Shown here piece after piece: positions 12,630 through 25,069 of a stretch of 64,000 nt of DNA (within the stretch, counting starts at the first letter, position 1; the number at the start of each line of letters is the position of its first letter). The notes beneath the pieces are model-generated. The model made no database searches and was not told the DNA's origin. It saw only the letters and a list, made by a program, of their open reading frames with translations. Made by a program: the position numbers and the translations under genes. The stretch covers positions 11,284,001-11,348,000 of the forward strand of contig OZ024765.1 of NCBI GenBank assembly GCA_964016885.1, read 5' to 3'. This DNA comes from Eledone cirrhosa (Eukaryota).

Positions 12630-13365
12630 TAATTGTTTCTACTTTAGGCACAAGGCCAGCAATTACCCAGTGCATTACTGGTACTTTATTTTATCGACCC
12701 CGTAAGGATGAAAGGTAAAGTCAACCTCGGCGGGATTTGAACTATATATAATATATATAATGAAATATATATAATATATATAATATATATAATATATATA
12801 ATATATATAATATATATATATATATATAATATATATATAATATATATAATGAAATATATATAATATATATAATATATATAATATATATATAATATATATA
12901 TATATATAAAGATATAATATATATATAATATATATAATGAAATAAATAGAGATGATATAAAGTATATATCTTTCGTTTAAGTTGGTTAGCAGAATCGGTA
13001 GAGCATCAGACGCCAAGCTGTGCAGCATAGAGTTACGTCCCTTTATGATCTGATCTCAAATCCCGCCGAGGTTAACTTTGCCTTTCATCCTTACGGGGTC
13101 GATAAAATAAAGTACCAGTAATGTACTGAGGTAATTGCTGGCCTTGTGCCTAAAGTAGAAACAATTATTTATATATATAAGAAGGCGGTGGAATAGCAGT
13201 AGAGGATCGGACGCCATGCTGGGCAGCATAGAGTTACGGCCCTTTATGGTCTGATTTCCAATCCCACCGAGGTTAACTGTGCCTTTCATCCTTATGGGGT
13301 TGATAAAATAAAGTACCAGTAATGTACTGGGGTTGATTTAATCGACATTGCCCTTCCCAAAAATT
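12630..13365. mobile_element. Three family A SINE copies: 12630-12743(-), 12981-13169(+), 13183-13365(+)
   Basis: Same B-box region, body and tail as 1301-1490. Confidence 0.85.
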
Positions 13366-13707
13366 ATACACCAATATATCATCATCATTTAACATCTATC
13401 TTCCATGCATACACACACACACATATATATATATATATACACTCACACATATACATACACACACACACACACACATATATATATATGTGTGTGTGTATGT
13501 ATATGTGTGAGTGTATATATATATATATATATACACACTCAGACATACACATACATATATATATACACATACAAACATACACATACAAACATATATATAT
13601 ATACACATACAAACATAATTATACACCAATATATCATCATCATTTTACATCTATCTTCCATGCATACACACACACATATATATATATATACACTCACAGA
13701 TATACAT

Positions 13708-13738
<31 letters not shown>

Positions 13739-14199
13739 TATATGTGTGGGTGTGTGTGTGTATGTATATGTGCGAGTGTATATATATATATACACACTCA
13801 GACATACACATACACACATATATATATATATATATACACTCACACATATACATACACACACACATATATATATATACACTCAGACATACACATACACATA
13901 CAAACATATATATATATATACACACACACTCACACAATATATATATATACATATACACACACAATTGGAAAGCAATCCAGGTACACAAAGCAATAGAAGA
14001 AACAAAAATACAAAAATACTAAATAAAAGAAAAAACAATAATAAATCAATTACAGCAACAAAACAATAAAAATATAATAAAATGTAATAAAAAACATATT
14101 AAGAATATAACAAAATTCAATAATAAAAAACCTACAAAACCGAAAAGAACTTAAGAAGACATGTTAATTCTATTTCATGTATATTCCATGGCATATTTA

Positions 14200-14328
<129 letters not shown>

Positions 14329-14345
14329 GTATATATATATATATG

Positions 14346-14377
<32 letters not shown>

Positions 14378-14387
14378 TATGTATATG

Positions 14388-14434
<47 letters not shown>

Positions 14435-14481
14435 GTATATATATATGTATATATATATATGTATATATATGTATATATATG

Positions 14482-14514
<33 letters not shown>

Positions 14515-14747
14515 GTATATATATATGTATATATATATATATATGTATATATATAGAAATATGTATATATATATATGTATATATATATATATTTATACAC
14601 ATATATATATATACATATATATATACATATATATATATACATACATATATATATATACATATATATATATACACATATATATATACATACATATATATAT
14701 ATACATACATATATATATACACATATATATATACATACATATATATA

Positions 14748-15535
14748 CTGCTAGCTGCAAAAGGCTTCTCCCTCAGAATGAAAGGCAGACTGTATGATGC
14801 GTGTATCCGAACAGCGATGTTGCATGGTAGTGAGACCTGGGCGCTGAAGGTGGAAGACTTACGTAGATTAGAGAGAAACGAAGCCTGCATGCTCCGATGG
14901 ATGTGTAACAGTAATATACGTGAACGACAAAGCATAAATGAATTGAGAGAGAGACTGAGCATAAGAGGAATCAAATGCTGCGTGCAGGAGAGGCGGTTAC
15001 GCTGGTATGGACATGTGATGCGTATGAAGGATGACAGCTGCATAAAAAGGTGCAGAGCACTAGAAGTTGATGGAAACCGCGGAGTGGGGAGACCCAAGAT
15101 GACTTGGGATGAGGTGATAAAAGCCGACCTTACCCAACTACACCTCTCAAAGTCAATGACACATGACCGTGACTCTGGCGTCACGCAGTAATACAGGGTA
15201 CCCGACCTCCCATGGGTACATGCTGAAGCATATAAACAATATGCCCCCCCCCCCCACCGCAAGGTGGTCGTGGAGGTGCCACGGCAAAAAAGCACCCAGC
15301 CCACACTGTAAAGTGGACGTGTAGGCGCCACGAAAAAGCACCCAGCACTCACTGTAAATGAGGTTGGTGTTAGGAAGGGCATCCAGCTGTAGAAATCAAG
15401 CCAGATCAGTTCCTGTATGAGCAAGGCATGGTCAGCCGACCAGACACTGCCCACAACAGGACAACCCGTCTAACCCATGCTAGCGTGGAAGAACGGACGT
15501 AAAACGGTGATGATGATGATGATGATGATGATGAT
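14748..15535 (+). mobile_element. RTE LINE family 1, longest 3' fragment
   Basis: [20 protein letters not shown]...[12 protein letters not shown]...[18 protein letters not shown]; 1-nt deletion near the ORF end; 3'UTR and (TGA)n tail; sits in (TA)n. Confidence 0.95.
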
Positions 15536-16023
15536 ATATATATATATACATACACATATATATACACATCTTCATTCGCAGGAAAGAGGTGAACAAAAAC
15601 ATATGATATTGATTAAATATTGGATATCTCTAAATTTCTACCTAATATTACTTTTCTATCATGATATCTCTATAACATACACATATATACACACATGCAC
15701 ACACATACATGCATATATATATATATATATATACACATGAAGACACACATACACATGCACACATATACACATATGCATACACATGCACATATATATTTGC
15801 AAGTATATATATGCATACATATATGTTCAAGTATATTTATATATATATATATATATACATGCACATATATGCATATACATACATGGACGCAAACACAGAC
15901 ATATATCATATATGTATGTATTTACTCAAACACAAACCCACTCATATCCCCCCCCTCTCTATGTGTGTGTGTATATATATATATATAATACTGTTGGCTT
16001 CTTGCTACAATAATTTCTATACT

Positions 16024-16068
<45 letters not shown>

Positions 16069-16197
16069 CTTGCAGCATTAAATGATATTCTAGAAAATAA
16101 TGAGAAGAGAAAGAAACAAAACAAAAAAGGCATAATAAATTAAATAAAAAGCAATAAAGAAAGAATGAGAATTACTTAAAATAATAATAATAATAAT

Positions 16198-16388
16198 AAT
16201 AATTGTTTCTACTTTAGGCACAAGGCCAGCAATTACCCAGTGCATTACTGGTACTTTATTTTATCGACCCCGTAAGGATGAAAGGCAAAGTCAACCTCGG
16301 CGGGATTTGAACTCAGATCGTAAAGGGACGTAACTATGCTCGAAAGCATGGCGTCCGACCCTCTACCGATACTGCCAATCCACCGCCC
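16198..16388 (-). mobile_element. Full-length family A SINE
   Basis: Reverse complement of 1301-1490; flanked by (AAT)n. Confidence 0.9.
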
Positions 16389-16420
<32 letters not shown>

Positions 16421-16421
<1 letters not shown>

Positions 16422-16647
16422 TAGTCACGACTGTCATAGGAGCACTAGGTACTATCTCAAAGAGTTTCCAGGGATGGTTAAAGAAAATTGCTCCCGCCCC
16501 GCTTTTTGGAACACTTCAAAAGGCATGCTTGCTGGGAACAGCAAGAACCCTCCGATACGTCCTGAATATCTGAGGCTGCAGGTAGCGGCTTGATATTCAT
16601 TTCAACAAACTTTCCAGTTAAATAACATCAATGACTGAGACTCAAAA

Positions 16648-16700
<53 letters not shown>

Positions 16701-16739
16701 TCTCTCCAGTTAAATAACATCGAGGACTGAGACTCAAAA

Positions 16740-16790
<51 letters not shown>

Positions 16791-16846
16791 CTCTCCAGTT
16801 AAATAACATCGATGACTGAGACTAAAAAAAAATAATAATAATAATG

Positions 16847-16884
<38 letters not shown>

Positions 16885-16925
16885 CTCTCCAGTTAAATAA
16901 CATCGAGGACTGAGACTAAAAAAAT
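16421..16925 (+). mobile_element. R4/Dong-like (RLE) non-LTR 3' fragment in (TAA)n, plus three extra 3'-end copies
   Basis: 16421-16573 encodes IVTTVIGALGTISK...LQKACLLGTARTLRYVLNI*, a typical R4-clade C-terminus; Dong elements are known to target (TAA)n. Confidence 0.85.
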
Positions 16926-17523
16926 AATAATAATAATAATAATAATAATAGTAATAATAATAATAGTAATAATAACGATGCTAATGATGGGAATATTTGA
17001 AAAAAAGATATAGTGTGTACGTTAAAAATTTCAATTTGTGATATCACATGACATACGGATTCATTTGTTTGTTCATTAATATCGTCGGGATATTTGCATG
17101 ACAAAATAATCACTCACATACACACAACTGTATATGTGTATATATATATATATATAAATAGCCGTCGAAACGGCTTGAGCTCTGCCGTTGGGGGTCATAC
17201 TTGTTCCTATTACCCACTCTACTACCGTAAGTATTGAGTACTTTGGTCACTATATAAATGTACACACACAGATATATATATATATATAAAACTCTGTGTT
17301 ACAGTCCCTGGATATATATAAATATACACACACACACAAATATATACATACACACACACATATATACGTAAAAGTAATAATGAAACAAACAACACAGTGT
17401 GTGGAAGAAATATATTAGTTTAACGCTTGATATGCTCCTTGACATCTTCCTTTGACGAGGTGTAGTGCACCTGAGCACTTTACACAATAATTTCATTATT
17501 ATTATTATTATAGCAGAAGAGTG

Positions 17524-17559
17524 TCATAACGTTTTGGATGCTAGTCCTTCATCAGATGA
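17524..17559 (-). ncRNA. Minimal type I hammerhead motif, family H1 (G12A, probably inactive)
   Basis: TCAT-CTGATGA-AGGACTAGCATCC-AAAA-CG-TT-ATGA. Confidence 0.6.
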
Positions 17560-18897
17560 TAGTGTTAGAAATAGAAGATAAATAGAAAGTAAAGAGTGAT
17601 GAGAGGAAGGAACGAGGAAAATGAGGAAAAAATTCGAGAGAAATTGTGGCTAATGGTTGAGAGAAAATAGTACTCAATACTGGAGAAGAGTTTAAATATT
17701 CATCTTATTAAGGCTACCCATGTTAACATGGAAAATGGACATTAAATGATGATGATGAGTCTTTAAACTCTGGAATTTTGCCTGTGATAGACACTTCTCA
17801 TCAAACCAAGGTCTGGTGGATTAGTCGATGACCACTTGACCATGAAGCAGGTTGTATTGGGTTTCATGGTACCAGTAGCAGACAGAAGCCAGACCTGACC
17901 AGACCAGGGTCTGATGAGGGAGCTGGTTTAGTCACCAACCACTCGACCATGAAGCAGGTTGTACTGTGTTACATGGTACCAGTAGCAGGTAGAAGCTTCA
18001 CCTAAGCCAGGTACACCCTCAGATCTAAATATATCTATTACGACACTCTTATGCTGAAATTGCATCTTAGAATTACTGTGACTAAGGGTGGCCACCCAGA
18101 ATGATTTGAAGACATCCACCCTGACCAACACCCACCTGAGAACCAAAGCCTAGCTAAGAGACTGCAGCATACCCTGACAGTTGCTGTTGTTGTTGTATCT
18201 AATCCCCCACCACCACCATCACCACTACATACCCTGCCTACTCAACACATGGTTTGGTTGGTATGACATTTCATTTGACATTCCAAAAATGACAACCACA
18301 TGTCTAGCTGTTAAATGTAGTCACATTAAATCTGTTATCTTTTTTATTTATCATTTTATTTATCATATAAAATTTCCTTTTCCATACCATTTCTTCCACC
18401 CAATAGTATACACCACCACCACCACCACCACCACCACCACCACCACCACCACCACCATCACCACCATAGTTAACACCAGCACAACCATCACCACCACCAT
18501 TACCACCATCACTAGCACACAACCACCACCATTACCACCATCACTAGCACGCAACCACCACCACCACCATTACCACCACTACCACCACCACACAACCAGC
18601 ACCACCACCATCACCACCATTACCACCACCATCACCACCACCACCACACAACCACCACCATCACCACCACCACCACCTTACTTTACAATATTCCTATTGA
18701 TGACAGTGGTGGTGGTATGCATATAAATGTGAGTGTGTGAATGTGAGTATGTGTGTGTGTGTGTGTATATATCATCATCATCATCATTTAACGTCAATCT
18801 TCCACGCTAGTATATATATATATATATATATAGGATTAAAATAATGTTTTAAGTAAACTTGGTTATTCTCTCTCCATTTATTTTATTTATATATATA

Positions 18898-19233
18898 TTC
18901 ATTTCATTTCATTCATTTCATTTTCCCTGCTTGCAAGGGTGGGACGGGAACTGATTCTGGCTTGATTTCTACAGCTGGATGCCCTTCCTAACACCAACGT
19001 CATTTTTACAGTGAGTGCTGGGTGCTTTTTTGCCGTGGCACCTACACGTCCACTTTGCAGTGGAATGATAGGGAACCTAGTCCCTATCATCTCATTTCTA
19101 CAGCTGAGTAAACTGGAGCAATGTGAAATAAAGTGTCTTGCTCAAGGAAACAACACATCACCCAGTCTGAGAATTGAACTCACAACCTTTCGATTGCAAG
19201 GCCAATGCTCTATCTACTAAGCCATGTGCCTTC
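18898..19233 (-). mobile_element. tRNA-derived CORE-type SINE with RTE-derived tail
   Basis: A box TGGCTTAGTAG, B box GAGTTCAATTC, TTGTTTCCTTGAGCAAGACACTT core, tail GTTGGTGTTAGGAAGGGCATCCAG shared with RTE. Confidence 0.85.
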
Positions 19234-19234
19234 A

Positions 19235-19296
<62 letters not shown>

Positions 19297-19412
19297 GTTA
19301 ACATATACATAAAGTTATAGATATATATACGTTGCAACTGATCACTTTTAAGCTCTATGAAGAATTAATAAATTAAAAAATTAGAGCATTATATCATAAA
19401 TCATATGATTTA

Positions 19413-19476
<64 letters not shown>

Positions 19477-19644
19477 ATATAAATACTGAAGAGACATGAA
19501 GACGACACAAGCCGAAACAGCTTGGCGCCGTTGTCAGGATTATACCTATCGCTCTATATTTATACACACACATCCAGGAAGCTCCAACCGTTAAGGTTGT
19601 CTTTTTTTCCGGGTATGTCAACATTTATTTATAAACCAAATCTG

Positions 19645-19710
19645 TATTTTATCTGATGAAAGTGCACCATAATTTGCCTTGGTCGCCCTTGAAATATATA
19701 TAATAAAATA
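19645..19710 (+). ncRNA. Minimal type I hammerhead ribozyme, family H2
   Basis: TATTTTAT-CTGATGA-AAGTGCACCA..TGGTCGCCCTT-GAAA-TATATA-TA-ATAAAATA; perfect 8-bp helix I, palindromic helix III. Confidence 0.75.
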
Positions 19711-19748
19711 AATATGGTTTTATAAATATAGTTTCCATTTATTAATAT

Positions 19749-19803
<55 letters not shown>

Positions 19804-19875
19804 CATCAACATCATCACCAGAAAAATGGCTGTTAAACGATGACGATGATATATATATATATATATATCATCATC

Positions 19876-19918
<43 letters not shown>

Positions 19919-19935
19919 TCATCATCATTCATCAT

Positions 19936-20275
19936 TTCATCATCATTTCATTTTACGTCCGCTTCTTCCCTGCTTGCAAGGGTGGGACGGGAACTGATTC
20001 TGGCTTGATTTCTACAGCTGGATGCCCTTCCTAACACCAACCTCATTTACAGTGAGTGCTGGGTGCTTTTTTTGCCGTGGCACCTCCACGACCACTTTGC
20101 AGTGGAATGATAGGGACCCCAGTCCCTATCATCTCATTTCTACAGCTGAGTAAACTGGAGCAACGTGAAATAAAGTGTCTTGCTCAAGGAAACAACACAT
20201 CACCCGGTCTGAGAATTGAACTCACAACCTTTCGATTGCAAGACCAATGCTCTAACCACTAAGCCATGTGCCTCC

Positions 20276-20276
<1 letters not shown>
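19936..20276 (-). mobile_element. CORE-type SINE with RTE tail
   Basis: Copy of 18898-19233; A box TGGCTTAGTGG. A further head fragment lies at about 20452-20573. Confidence 0.85.
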
Positions 20277-20306
<30 letters not shown>

Positions 20307-20625
20307 TATATCATCATCAATCATCATCATCATCATCATATATTATATATATCGACAATTGATCGACTTTCATCAAATCGGACCGAGGAAACAATGTTTC
20401 CATTGGTCTTTCCAATTGCTAATACCCTCTATTGGTTGCAACTCCAGGCAGAAGGAGCAACGTGAAATAAAGTGTCTTGCTCAAGGACATAATGCATCAC
20501 CCAGTCCGGGGATCGAACTCACAACCTCACTATTGCAAATCCAATTCTCTAACCACTCAGACACGGGCCTTCACCATATATATATATATTGTAAAGCCAA
20601 CCATGTCACTCTTCTTTCTTGAAGT

Positions 20626-20678
<53 letters not shown>

Positions 20679-20762
20679 TTATATCCTATCCAGGAAGCTG
20701 CAACCGTTAAGGTTGTCTTTTTTTTTCCGGGTATGTCAATATTTATTTATAAAACAAATCTG

Positions 20763-20828
20763 TATTTTATCTGATGAAAGCGCACCATAATTTGCCTTGG
20801 TTGCCCTTGAAATATATATAATAAAATA
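20763..20828 (+). ncRNA. Minimal type I hammerhead ribozyme, family H2
   Basis: TATTTTAT-CTGATGA-AAGCGCACCA..TGGTTGCCCTT-GAAA-TATATA-TA-ATAAAATA. Confidence 0.72.
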
Positions 20829-20862
20829 AATATGGTTTTATAAATATAGTTTCCATTTATTA

Positions 20863-20916
<54 letters not shown>

Positions 20917-20952
20917 ATATATATATGTATTTATATGTTTGTCGGTTTAATA

Positions 20953-21980
20953 GGAGAGAAAGAGAGCAAGCAAGCAAGACAGAGAGAGAAAGAGAGCAAG
21001 CAAGCAAGAGAGAGAGAGAGTAAGCAAGAGAGAGAGAGAAAGAGAGCGAGAGAGAGAGAAAGAGAGCAAGAGAGAGAGAAAGAGAGCAAGCAAGCAAGAG
21101 AGAGAAAGAGAGCAAGCAAGACAGAGAGAGAAAGAGAGCAAGCAAGCAAGTGAGAGAGAGAAAGAGAGCAAGCAAGCAAGTGAGAGAGAGAAAGAGAGCA
21201 AGCAAGTAAGAAAGAAAGAGAAAGAGAGCAAGCAAGAGAGAGAGAGAGAAAGAGAGCAAGCAAGCAAGCAAGAGAGAGAAAGAGAGCAAGCAAGCAGGAG
21301 AGAGAAAGAGAGCAAGCAAGCAAGAGAGAGAGAGAAAGAGAGCAAGCAAGCAAGCAAGAGAGAGAAAGTGAGCAAGCAAGTAAGAAAGAGAGAGAAAGAG
21401 AGCAAGCAAGAGAGAGAGAAAAAGAGAGCAAGCAAGCAAGTGAGAGAGAGAAAGAGAGCAAGCAAGTAAGAAAGAAAGAGAAAGAGAGCAAGCAAGAGAG
21501 AGAGAGAGAAAGAGAGCAAGCAAGCAAGAGAGAGAGAAAAAGAGAGCAAGCAAGTAAGAAAGAAAGAGAAAGAGAGCAAGCAAGAGAGAGAGAGAGAAAG
21601 AGAGCAAGCAAGCAAGCAAGCAAGAGAGAGAAAGAGAGCAAGCAAGCAAGAGAGAGAGAGAAAGAGAGCAAGCAAGCAAGCAAGAGAGAGAAAGAGAGCA
21701 AGCAAGTAAGAAAGAGAGAGAAAGAGAGCAAGCAAGAGAGAGAGAAAAAGAGAGCAAGCAAGCAAGTGAGAGAGAGAAAGAGAGAAAGCAAGTAAGAAAG
21801 AAAGAGAAAGAGAGCAAGCAAGAGAGAGAGAGAGAAAGAGAGCAAGCAAGCAAGAGAGAGAGAGAAAGAGAGCAAGCAAGCAAGAGAGAGAGAGAAAGAG
21901 AGCAAGCAAGCAAGAGAGAGAGAGAAAGAGAGCAAGCAAGCAAGAGAGAGAGAAAGAGAGCAAGCAAGCAAGAGAGAAAG
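20953..21980. repeat. Purine-rich compound (AG)n/(AAGC)n repeat
   Basis: Recurring GAGAAAGAGAGCAAGCAAG units. Confidence 0.95.
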
Positions 21981-22240
21981 GTAAAAGGTGAAGTGTCCGG
22001 GATGAGATATCAGTTTTTATACAGAGAGAAAGATCGGCTAATGCATCTTTCTCTCGTTTAGCACCAGCAACCATAACACCCACCACATAAACTCCAAAGA
22101 TAGTTCTTGAAAATTCTTCACTCTGTGGACTTTTAATTTTTATCTCATACAATATAAAAGTACTTACTACTTTTACCACTGTGAAGCCTATGGCAACAGA
22201 TATAGTTGAAAGAATTACTGAATTATTTTCACTGCCACCG

Positions 22241-22277
<37 letters not shown>

Positions 22278-22317
22278 CATCTTCAACGCTACCACCTATA
22301 TAAACAGCTTAGTATCA

Positions 22318-23530
22318 CAGAACTAGTGTTTGGAACATAACTTTACAAAGGTTCTTACATAAAATTATGGTGGAAGGCTTTTAGATAAATATAAAGAATT
22401 GAACATACAGTTTTGTATCATAGAACCAGTGTTGGGAACATAACTTAACAAAGGTTCTTTCATTAAAATATGATGGAAGGATTTTAGATAAATATAAACA
22501 CTTTCAAACAAACATAGAACTCGTATTGGGAACATAACTTAACAAAGGTTCTTACATAAAATTATGGTGGAAGGCTTTTAGATAAATATAAAGAATTGAA
22601 CATACAGTTTTGTATCATAGAACCAGTGTTGGGAACATAACTTAACAAAGGTTCTTTCATTAAAATATGATGGAAGGTTTTTAGATAAATATAAACACTT
22701 TCAAACAAACAGCTTATTATCATAGAACTCGTATTGGGAACATAACTTAACAAAGGTTCTTACATAAAATTACGATGGAACATTTTTAGCTAAGTATAAA
22801 TACTTTGAATCAAACAGTTTTACATTATGGAAACAGGGGTGGTTTTAGGTGGTTTAGTATGAAAAAGGGTCAAGCTAGTGTTTGGAACGTAACTTAACAA
22901 AGGTTCTTACATGAAACTATGTTGGAAAATTTTCAGATAAATATAAACACTTTGAAACATATAATTTTGTATCATAGAACCAGTGTTTGGAACATAACTT
23001 AACAAAGGTTCTTACATAAAATTATAGCGGAAGATTTTTAGTTAAGTATAAACACTTTGAAACAAACAGTTTTGTATTGTAGAACCAGTGTTTGGAACAT
23101 AACTTAACGAAGGTTCCTAACTGTTGTTCTATGATACAAAACTGTTTATTTATAAACCTTCCATAATAATTTTATGTAAGAACCTTTGTTAAGTTATGTT
23201 CCTAACTGTGTTACATTAAATTATGATGGAAGGTTTTTATATAAATATAAACACTTTGAACCAAACATGGATTGTAGAACCAGAGTTGGGAACATAACTT
23301 AACAAAAGTTCTTACATAAAAATATGATGGAAGGTTTTTATATAGATATAAACACTTTGAAACAAACAGTTTTGTATTGTAGAACCAGAGTTGGGAACAT
23401 AACTTAACAAAGGGTCTTACATAAAATTATGATGGAAGGTTTGTAGCTAAGTATAAACACTCTGAAACAAACAGTTTTAGATTATGGAAACAGGGGAGGT
23501 TTCAGGTAAGTCGGTATCAGAAGGTTTAAA
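22318..23530 (+). mobile_element. AT-rich MITE-derived array (probably piggyBac-like) with a short internal inverted copy at about 23115-23210
   Basis: Repeated CCAGTGTTTGGAACATAACTTAACAAAGGTTCTTACATAAAATTATGATGGAAGG; two termini resembling GGTATCAAAAGGGTTAA near 22870 and 23528. Confidence 0.65.
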
Positions 23531-24022
23531 ACAAAAAAATAAAACAGCTTCAAGGTCACAAATAAATGAAGAAGAACGATGAAAGCTAACCAGAGAGGCC
23601 ATACTTCCAAAAGAGCTATTTAGTTGGAGATGAAGATATATGTTCACGCAATAATGAAATAGCTCGCCCTGATGTCACCATAAAATATTGATTCTACGAC
23701 TTTGGAGAGAAAGGGGGTTGTTTTAGAGCCAAACAATGGAAGAATTAGGAGATGTTTGTCTAAAATAAACACACACGGTTGCTGGACTTTCATCATAAAA
23801 GTCTTGGAATTACAGAATCTGTTCTCTGATTGGTTTTTAAGTAAAGAGATAAACAGAAAAGAAACAAAAAATAATTATAATAAACAGATATCTCCTTCGT
23901 CTTCCACCTTCCACTTCTCGAAATCTTCATATTTATTTATGTTCATAAGACTTGGTGGCTTTAAAACCACCTCCACCACCACCATCACTACTACTACTAC
24001 CACCACTACCACCACCACCACC

Positions 24023-24056
<34 letters not shown>

Positions 24057-24272
24057 TTTACCACAACTAATACTGCTGCTGTTGTTGCTACCACCACCAC
24101 CACCACCACTACCACTACTACGATCATAAACAACACCATCACCTCCACCACCACCACTACTACCACCAATACCACCAACAACAACCCAATCACCACCACA
24201 ACCAACACCACCAGCCGTCTGTCTGTGTCTTTATTAACGATGATGTAATGTTATTCCAGAATGTAATTTCTC

Positions 24273-24326
<54 letters not shown>

Positions 24327-25069
24327 CATACATATATACAGACACATATATATATGCATACACACATTTATATATATACATATACACACACACATATATG
24401 CATACACACGTTTATATATACACATACAGATATTTATATATACATATACACACACACATATATGCATACACACGTTTATATATACACATACAGATATTTA
24501 TATATACATATACACACACACATATATGCATACACACGTTTATATATACACATACACATATTTATATATACATATACACACATATATCTGCATACACACA
24601 TATACAAACACATACATATACATGTATATACAAACACATACATATACATGTATATACAAACACATAAATGTATACATATATATACACACACATACATGCA
24701 TATATATATATATATAAACGCACACACATATACATGTATATATATATACACACACACATACATGCATACATATGTATATATATATAAACACACACACACA
24801 TACATGCATATATATATACACATTCATGCATATATATATATATATACATACACATATATATATATATATACATACATACATAGTCACATTTACACAGCTG
24901 TATATATTTGTATATTTACTTCATATAAAAAGACATCTAAAAGACTAGAACTGTTTTCTCCATTTGAAATCACCAGGAGAGTGAAATAATTTTGGTCAAG
25001 TTCAGTATTTATATATCAAGATGGGGAAGAGGAATAAAAGGGGATACGTGCGTGTGTGTTTGTACATAT

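Noticed and set aside
19485-19530. TGAAGA-CGAC(ACAA)GCC-GAAAC possible hammerhead
   Set aside because: C3 missing and helices I and II not convincingly paired.
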